Shown here: positions 54,539 to 60,745 of the stretch, piece after piece
Layout: every line of letters starts with the position of its first letter
Numbering within the stretch: position 1 is the stretch's first letter
Virus record (IMG/VR): IMGVR_UViG_2700988807_000001
Location: 12,798-76,797 of that record
DNA length: 64,000 bases
Source of the DNA: a virus
Lineage: Duplodnaviria; Caudoviricetes
Reading direction: 5' to 3' (one strand)
Notes under the pieces: model-generated
Told to the model about the DNA's origin: nothing
Databases searched by the model: none
The model's input: only the letters and a program-made list of their open reading frames with translations
Translations under genes and position numbers: made by a program

Positions 54539-55906
54539 ATGACCGACATGAACTTCGTAAGCACCGAGCTGGGACGAACCCTGGACCACATGCGCAGCAC
54601 TCTTCTTCACGAGCTGTACGGGGCTGCTGGAACTGACGAGCCGTGGGCAAGCGAGCCGGCAACGGTTATTCTGCAGAAGTACCTCAGCTTCCGCAACGCT
54701 GAGCGAGATTCTCTCAAAGACCAGGTCGATCGCCTGACGCAGGAGAAGACCGAGGCTGTCGGAAAGTTGGCCGCAGCATCCATCTCGAATCATTCCAAGG
54801 ACGAGATCGTAGAGGGCGCCCTGGACGAGATGCTCGATATTCTCCAGATCGAATGGGAGATCCAGAGTTCTGCCAACGCCAAGTTGGAGCTCGTCGTCGA
54901 CCATCTTCGTCGGCAGTCAGGGAAAGAAACTCTGGCGTCCGGATGGTTGGACTCTCTTCTGGATATTCTCGACATCGACACCTCAGAGATCGAGCAAGAC
55001 GCCCCGCCGAAAGTCAAGGGTCGAGCGATCTATCTAGCCGTCGAGAAGCTTAAGGAGGGTCGTAATGCTGAAGATCTGGGTGATGTGGAAGATGGCTCGA
55101 AGGATCTGGAAGATCGGGAAAGTGGTGCGGAGAAGTCGGAAAGCGTAGAGACGGTAGAGGGTGTTCTCGATCTGCTTCTGCACACGCTGAACGTCGACAC
55201 CACCGATATTTCGACCATCGACAGCAAGCGTGACAAGATCGTCAAGACGATCAGAGCAATGCGAGCCAACGAGGCTGCGATGAGTGAGGAGCTGTTCGAT
55301 CTAAATCGGATTGCGGCCATCAAAGATCTCCACACCTACTTCGATGGTCTCATCCAGGCTCTTCAGATCGAGGGCGATATTTACCCGTCGGTCGAAAAGA
55401 AGAAGCACGCAATCCGCGAACGAGCTTTCCAGCTTCTCGGTGATTTGAAGGATCACGAAGGGATTGTCAACGACATCGTAGTCTCCGTCTACGGGAAGGA
55501 GAACGATATTCCAGAGGACTTCACCACCTCACAGAAGCTGATGAAGATTCAAAGCGACTTCCGTCAGGGTTCGAAGCGGGTGCTCAACCGTGGAGACATC
55601 CAGAAGATCCACAACTCTCTGAAGTCGATGCTCCATCGAGCAGGCGGCGATATTTCCAACATCAAGGGGGATCTGGTAGATCTCGCGGCGTACACCGAGC
55701 GGTTCGTGTTCAACACTCTGATTCACGGGGATGCGGGAGATGCAGGCGAAATTTCAGTCTTTCCGATCGAGGTGATGCGGATGATCCACAACAGCCTTGA
55801 GGAGATCATTCGACAGCACGGCGAGGATACGCATCCGGACGAGACGACCGCTCATATTGCGGAGAGGGCTTTGACTCTCGTTCTGTCCAAGCAGGCATCT
55901 CTCTGA
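54539..55906 (+). CDS. Helical repeat protein
   Basis: ELGRTL..RSTLL N-terminus shared with 55951; repeated LD.LL..L motifs. Confidence 0.7.
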   Translation: MTDMNFVSTELGRTLDHMRSTLLHELYGAAGTDEPWASEPATVILQKYLSFRNAERDSLKDQVDRLTQEKTEAVGKLAAASISNHSKDEIVEGALDEMLDILQIEWEIQSSANAKLELVVDHLRRQSGKETLASGWLDSLLDILDIDTSEIEQDAPPKVKGRAIYLAVEKLKEGRNAEDLGDVEDGSKDLEDRESGAEKSESVETVEGVLDLLLHTLNVDTTDISTIDSKRDKIVKTIRAMRANEAAMSEELFDLNRIAAIKDLHTYFDGLIQALQIEGDIYPSVEKKKHAIRERAFQLLGDLKDHEGIVNDIVVSVYGKENDIPEDFTTSQKLMKIQSDFRQGSKRVLNRGDIQKIHNSLKSMLHRAGGDISNIKGDLVDLAAYTERFVFNTLIHGDAGDAGEISVFPIEVMRMIHNSLEEIIRQHGEDTHPDETTAHIAERALTLVLSKQASL

Positions 55907-55950
55907 TCCACAACCATATTCTGCTACACCCAACCTATACGGAGGAATCT

Positions 55951-56901
55951 ATGAACAACGACACAATCGCCGCCGAACTGGGGCGGTCTCTCAGTGAGAT
56001 TCGGAACACGCTTCTCAAAGAGTTCACGAAGATGGCGGCACCTGAGGGAACGTTCGACGAGGTCTCTACGCATTCGATGCTGGTGGAGTACATCGAGATC
56101 TGCCGGCAGTACCGGGAAGAAGCCGCTACCAAAATCGAGATGCTGATTCAAGAGGACTTGAAGCATCCGAGACTCAAGCCTGAACTAGTCGTCCCAGAAG
56201 TGGTCGATGCTCGGGAATCTCTGAATGCGATCGTCGTTTCATGCGGAGGCGAAGTCATAGAGGACGAGAACCTTCGCCGCTTGGCTCAGCGAGCGGCAGA
56301 CTTGTCTCGGAACCGAGCGCGAGTGATGAGCAACAATGAGGTCGAGAAGGTCAACGAACACATGATGTGGACTTACGTCGCAGCGCTCGAAAATGTTCTC
56401 GGGATCTACACGCTAAGGCCCACGTTGGACAGTCGCAAGCAGGCCATCATCGACAAGCTCGCAGGAACCAGTCGCATAGATGTTCTAGATCGTGTTCTCG
56501 AAACTCTGGGTGGCACTCCAGATCCTAACGAGGATAAGGCTGCACTCAAGGCTCGTGTAACTCGAATGACGAGGGAGGCGTTGGGGATGACCAACGGGAT
56601 CGAGACGAACCTCTCCTACAGCGATGGTTACAAAGCGTCCGAGGAGATTCGCAAGAGTCTCGTGGGGATTCTTGAAGCTGCAGGCAAGACGGTGGAGCCG
56701 GATGAGTCGCTGTTCTATATTTCCGGTCGAGTGCAGGAACTCGTGGGGCAGCTGACCAAGTGCATCAGTACTCCGAGTCTGGAGGCAATCGAGAACGGTC
56801 TCAAGAAGATCATTCAGGATGCCGGCGTTACGGTTCGCGACGATGCGAGTCTGGTCGAGTTGGCGGCTCGTGTCCAAGCTCTGGTCGAGAAGACTCACTG
56901 A
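55951..56901 (+). CDS. Helical repeat protein, paralog of 54539
   Basis: ELGRSL..RNTLL; repeated L..I...G.....ESL..LA.R. Confidence 0.7.
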   Translation: MNNDTIAAELGRSLSEIRNTLLKEFTKMAAPEGTFDEVSTHSMLVEYIEICRQYREEAATKIEMLIQEDLKHPRLKPELVVPEVVDARESLNAIVVSCGGEVIEDENLRRLAQRAADLSRNRARVMSNNEVEKVNEHMMWTYVAALENVLGIYTLRPTLDSRKQAIIDKLAGTSRIDVLDRVLETLGGTPDPNEDKAALKARVTRMTREALGMTNGIETNLSYSDGYKASEEIRKSLVGILEAAGKTVEPDESLFYISGRVQELVGQLTKCISTPSLEAIENGLKKIIQDAGVTVRDDASLVELAARVQALVEKTH

Positions 56902-56910
56902 TTCACACCC

Positions 56911-57011
56911 ATATTTACAGGCTCGTAGGGGGCTCTAAACTGCTCTCTACGGGCCTGTAATATGGGGAATGCACAATCCTGTGAAGTAGGGGTCTCAAGG
57001 CTTCACAGAGG
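56911..57011 (+). ncRNA. Putative two-hairpin RNA; second loop antisense to the cassette leader
   Basis: TTACAGGCTCGTAGGGGGC/GCTCTCTACGGGCCTGTAA stem, then CTGTGAAG-TAGGGGTCTCAAGG-CTTCACAG. Confidence 0.5.
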
Positions 57012-57020
57012 CGCTCAGCG

Positions 57021-57045
57021 TCGCATGAAAAACACGTCATATGAT
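57021..57045 (+). promoter_or_regulatory. Promoter copy 15 (TATGAT variant)
   Basis: TCGCATGAAAAACACGTCATATGAT with the same 14-nt spacer. Confidence 0.65.
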
Positions 57046-57109
57046 GAGAACCCACTAACGAAACCAGACTCAGGCCCTCAACTGAGATCCAGGTCGTTGG
57101 TGGGTTTTC
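57046..57109 (+). ncRNA. Putative small hairpin ncRNA
   Basis: GAGAACCCACTAACGA/TCGTTGGTGGGTTTTC stem enclosing CTCAG-GCCCTCAA-CTGAG. Confidence 0.55.
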
Positions 57110-57176
57110 GTCTTCCCTACCAACCCTATATTTTTGTCATAGGGTATGGTCTCGCAAACTTATGAAAGGCAACCCT

Positions 57177-57356
57177 ATGCACTACGACAGCAAAGCAGCC
57201 CAGTACGACGCCGAGGTTCCGACTTTGGATGAGAGCACGTCTCCCGAGTCGTACACCCGCACACGCAAGTGTATCGAGTTCACGGCGTTCTTCTTGCTCA
57301 GCTATGCCGTCGCGCTGGTGGTCATCTACACGCTTCTCAAACTGTTCGGCGTATAG
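57177..57356 (+). CDS. Small membrane protein
   Basis: GAAAGG RBS; C-terminal TM helix. Confidence 0.6.
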   Translation: MHYDSKAAQYDAEVPTLDESTSPESYTRTRKCIEFTAFFLLSYAVALVVIYTLLKLFGV

Positions 57357-57369
57357 AAAGGAGTAGAGG

Positions 57370-58998
57370 ATGCTGTTCGGCTCCCACGACTTCCAACTCG
57401 ACGACACGCAAAGCTGTGGGGATCGCATCCAACAACTCCGTATGCGGATCCTGGTCCACTCATATTTGTACTACGAGCTGGATCAGAACATTCTCACAGA
57501 TCGGGAGTTCGACACTCTCGCCTACGAGCTGGTCGACTTACAGAAGCGATATCCTGAGGTCTCGGAAGCGGTGTGGTACGAGCGTGACGCTTTCAGAGAC
57601 TTCGACGGCTCCACGGGATTCCATCTCCCATACAAGAAGAACGAAGTAGTTCCCCAGATCGCACAGATCCTCATAGACACTGTGGGGAACGAGACGCCGG
57701 CCGAGGCCGATGACGAGCACTACTATATTCCCCGGCTCGACGAGCTACACAAGACAGAAGAGAAGAAGGAGAGACCCATGGGAGGTGTGCAACTTTATCC
57801 ACATCAACAGGAGGCTGTAGAGAAGCTGTCCAACGGCAAGGTACTGGTCGGAGGTGTAGGGACGGGCAAGACGATCACGTCGCTCGTATATTTCTACACC
57901 AAGGTCATGGGCGGCACGTTGGGTGACCCCGCATCCATCAAGACACCGAAGGACATCTACGTCTTCACCACGGCCCGAAAGCGTGACGAGCTGGACTGGC
58001 AGAAGGACGCAGCCAAGCTGATCATATCTCGGGAACGGGACGCTTCTGTCTGTGGTATCAAGCTCACGGTCGACTCCTACAACAACATCAAGAAGTATGC
58101 CAGCGTCAAGGATGCATTCATCATTCTCGACGAGCAGCGCATGGTGGGATCCGGTGCATGGACACGCGCCTTCATATCCATGGCCAAGCACAACGAGTGG
58201 ATCATGCTCAGTGCCACACCGGGTGACAAGTGGGAGGACTATATTCCACTGTTCATCGCCAACGGGTTCGTGAAGAATCGCACCGAGTTCAAGCGGAACC
58301 ACATCGTCTACGCCTCCTACTCCAAGTTCCCGAAGGTGGAGCGATATTTGGAGGTCGGCAAGCTGCTCAAGTGGCGTCGTCAGATTCTGGTAGAGATGCC
58401 GTACGCCCGACACACCACGCGCAATCTCCATGACGTGACAGTTCCGCACGACAAGGAGAAGATGGATCTGGTCGTCAAGAAGCGGTGGAACCCGTACGAG
58501 AACCGCCCACTCAAGGACGTCGCCGAGATGTTCATCTGCATGCGGAGGGTGGCATATTCTGACCAGTCCCGTCGAGAGGCTGTGATCCAGCTACTCAAAC
58601 ACAACCACCCCCGACTGATCGTGTTCTACAACTTCAACTACGAGTTGGAGATTCTACGGACGATCGCCAAGGACATGCCAGGTTTGGAGGTTGCCGAGTG
58701 GAATGGCCAGAAGCACGAGCAGGTTCCGACTGGGGAGCACTGGCTATATCTTGTGCAGTACGTGGCTGGAGCTGAGGCGTGGAACTGCGTTGCTACGGAC
58801 GCGATCTGCTTCTACTCCCAGACGTACTCGTACAAGAACTTCGAACAAGCACAGGGAAGGATCGACAGGCTCAATACGCCCTTCAAGCAACTGCACTACT
58901 ACATTTTGAAGAGCACGAGCCAGATTGATCTTGCCGTTTCTCGGTCACTTTCTGAAAAGAGGTCTTTCAACGAGTCCGAAATGTCCGACTTTTGGTGA
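57370..58998 (+). CDS. SF2 helicase with N-terminal NAD-ligase Ia-like domain
   Basis: LYPHQ, GVGTGKT, ILDEQ, LSATP, QAQGRIDR; N-terminal HSYLYY..LTDREFD.L..EL..L. Confidence 0.85.
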   Translation: MLFGSHDFQLDDTQSCGDRIQQLRMRILVHSYLYYELDQNILTDREFDTLAYELVDLQKRYPEVSEAVWYERDAFRDFDGSTGFHLPYKKNEVVPQIAQILIDTVGNETPAEADDEHYYIPRLDELHKTEEKKERPMGGVQLYPHQQEAVEKLSNGKVLVGGVGTGKTITSLVYFYTKVMGGTLGDPASIKTPKDIYVFTTARKRDELDWQKDAAKLIISRERDASVCGIKLTVDSYNNIKKYASVKDAFIILDEQRMVGSGAWTRAFISMAKHNEWIMLSATPGDKWEDYIPLFIANGFVKNRTEFKRNHIVYASYSKFPKVERYLEVGKLLKWRRQILVEMPYARHTTRNLHDVTVPHDKEKMDLVVKKRWNPYENRPLKDVAEMFICMRRVAYSDQSRREAVIQLLKHNHPRLIVFYNFNYELEILRTIAKDMPGLEVAEWNGQKHEQVPTGEHWLYLVQYVAGAEAWNCVATDAICFYSQTYSYKNFEQAQGRIDRLNTPFKQLHYYILKSTSQIDLAVSRSLSEKRSFNESEMSDFW

Positions 58999-59009
58999 AA
59001 ATCTGAAAA

Positions 59010-59231
59010 CTTAATACCCTATAGAAAAGGCGAAATTATAGGGTATTAAGATTCGGGATTTTGGGGTGTTTTGGGGTGTTTTTGCGGTGGGCTTTGAGAT
59101 TTGGCAGTGAACCTTGGTTGACGACCTGGGAAAACGACAAAATTCTGCCAAAAACTAACCCTAAACCTTTCCCTAGAAAGAACAACTTAATACCCTATAA
59201 TAGTGGGTATATAGGTTATTAAGTTGGTTCT
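59010..59231. repeat. AT-rich intergenic region with two CTTAATACCCTATA inverted repeats (origin candidate)
   Basis: Inverted repeats at 59010-59050 and 59184-59225; TTTTGGGGTG direct repeat between them. Confidence 0.6.
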
Positions 59232-59293
59232 ACAAAAGTTTTTTTCCGGACAAATCTTGGCAAAAGTGACGAGCACACAGGAACGAGACAAAC

Positions 59294-59785
59294 ATGCCTG
59301 AAATCTGGATGCCTATCCGTGATTTTCCAAAGTATCTCATCAGTCCAGAAGGAGCCATCAAGAACAAGCAAAGGCGATTGCTCGTTAAAACCAGCCAGAA
59401 CGCTCAGGGCGTCGTTATGGTGAAGCTTATGGGGGATGATGGCCGACACACCCGTTCAGTCGCTCTGCTGGTCGCTCAGGCCTATCTACCGCCCCCTCGT
59501 AATCCCTCCTACAACTCGGTCATATTCTTGGATGGTGATCGAACCAACTGTTCGGCCCTGAATTTGATGTGGCGTCCTCGTTGGTATGCGGTTCGCTACC
59601 ACAAGATGTTCGAGCGTGAACCCATGAACATCTCTGTGATGATCGAGGACACGGGCGAGACCTTCGGCACTCTTCGAGAGGCCTGCATGAAGTATGGGCT
59701 CGACGAGCAGTATACCTATATCGACATGCTCAACGGTGATCCCTGTTTCCACTACGGATACCGGTTTCGTCACCTAAGTGAGTAA
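59294..59785 (+). CDS. NUMOD4 / HNH-like endonuclease (HNH residues look degenerate)
   Basis: EIWMPIRDFPKYLISPEG; VAQAYL..FLDGDRTNCSALNLMW. Confidence 0.7.
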   Translation: MPEIWMPIRDFPKYLISPEGAIKNKQRRLLVKTSQNAQGVVMVKLMGDDGRHTRSVALLVAQAYLPPPRNPSYNSVIFLDGDRTNCSALNLMWRPRWYAVRYHKMFEREPMNISVMIEDTGETFGTLREACMKYGLDEQYTYIDMLNGDPCFHYGYRFRHLSE

Positions 59786-59798
59786 AGTGGGTATTTTA

Positions 59799-59823
59799 CC
59801 GCACACAAAACATGGTATATAAT
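59799..59823 (+). promoter_or_regulatory. Promoter copy 16 (CCGCA variant) upstream of nuclease-RNAP genes
   Basis: CCGCACACAAAACATGGTATATAAT with a 14-nt spacer. Confidence 0.6.
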
Positions 59824-59886
59824 AGAAGGGATAGAATACCTCTGCCACGAATTCGTGGTTTTAACTTTTGGTCAGGAGGCCTTGCG

Positions 59887-60216
59887 GTGGCAAGAGAAAG
59901 CGTTTACCAGGCAAGACTCATCAAGAAGCTGCATCAGCTCTATCCCGGATGCATCGTACTGAAGAATGACTCCAGCTACATGCAGGGCATTCCTGATCTC
60001 ACCATCCTCTATCAGAAGAACTGGGCCGCACTCGAAGTAAAGGCTAAGGAGCCTAACAGCTCCACTATATTTCAGCCTAACCAGGAATGGTTCATCGAGA
60101 CCATGAATGACATGTCGTTCGCAGCCTGCATCTATCCCGAGAACGAGAAGGAAGTACTTCGTGGACTTCAACAAGCACTGGCACCTCGAAGGCAAGCACG
60201 CGTTCCTGTCCGCTAG
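59887..60216 (+). CDS. VRR-NUC / resolvase-like PD-(D/E)xK nuclease
   Basis: ES.YQ..GIPDL..ALEVK..QPNQEWF. Confidence 0.75.
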   Translation: MARESVYQARLIKKLHQLYPGCIVLKNDSSYMQGIPDLTILYQKNWAALEVKAKEPNSSTIFQPNQEWFIETMNDMSFAACIYPENEKEVLRGLQQALAPRRQARVPVR

Positions 60217-60715
60217 TCAGTACCATTGGATTCGGTATGACGAGGAAAAGCTTGCCGGCACGTTCCTCAGACACAAAGCTAAGCAGCGTGGAACCGAGCT
60301 TCATGCGCTTGCGTACGATCTTATTCGGTTTGGCGTCAACCTTCCGAAGAACAACAAGACTCTGAATCGGTATGTCAACGATGCGATCGGTTATCGTATG
60401 ACTCCCGAACAGGTGCTGGTATATTCTGACAACGCTTTCGGTACTGCGGATACAATCTCGTTCCGAAAGAACAAACTCCGTGTGCATGACTTGAAGACTG
60501 GCGAGCATCCGGCCAACGGTGAGCAGCTCGAAGTCTACAACGCGTTCTTCTGCCTGGAGTACATGATCAAGCCCTTCGAGATCGAGATCGAGAATCGGAT
60601 CTATCAGAATGATGATTGCATCGTGTTCGAACCCGATCCTGCCAAGATCACGCACATCATGGATCGAATCATCACGTTCGACAAGATCATCGACAGCATC
60701 AAGTCGGAAGTCTGA
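60161..60715 (+). CDS. PD-(D/E)xK exonuclease-like protein (Cas4/RecB-like)
   Basis: HAFLSAS, GTELH, FGTAD, HDLKTG, QLEVY. Confidence 0.7.
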   Translation: MDFNKHWHLEGKHAFLSASQYHWIRYDEEKLAGTFLRHKAKQRGTELHALAYDLIRFGVNLPKNNKTLNRYVNDAIGYRMTPEQVLVYSDNAFGTADTISFRKNKLRVHDLKTGEHPANGEQLEVYNAFFCLEYMIKPFEIEIENRIYQNDDCIVFEPDPAKITHIMDRIITFDKIIDSIKSEV

Positions 60716-60745
60716 ACCAACCATATTTGAACGGAGGAACGCAGA

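Noticed and set aside
60161-60715. Cas4-like gene as evidence of a CRISPR system
   Set aside because: Stand-alone PD-(D/E)xK nucleases are common in phages. No Fe-S cysteine set or other cas genes are visible.
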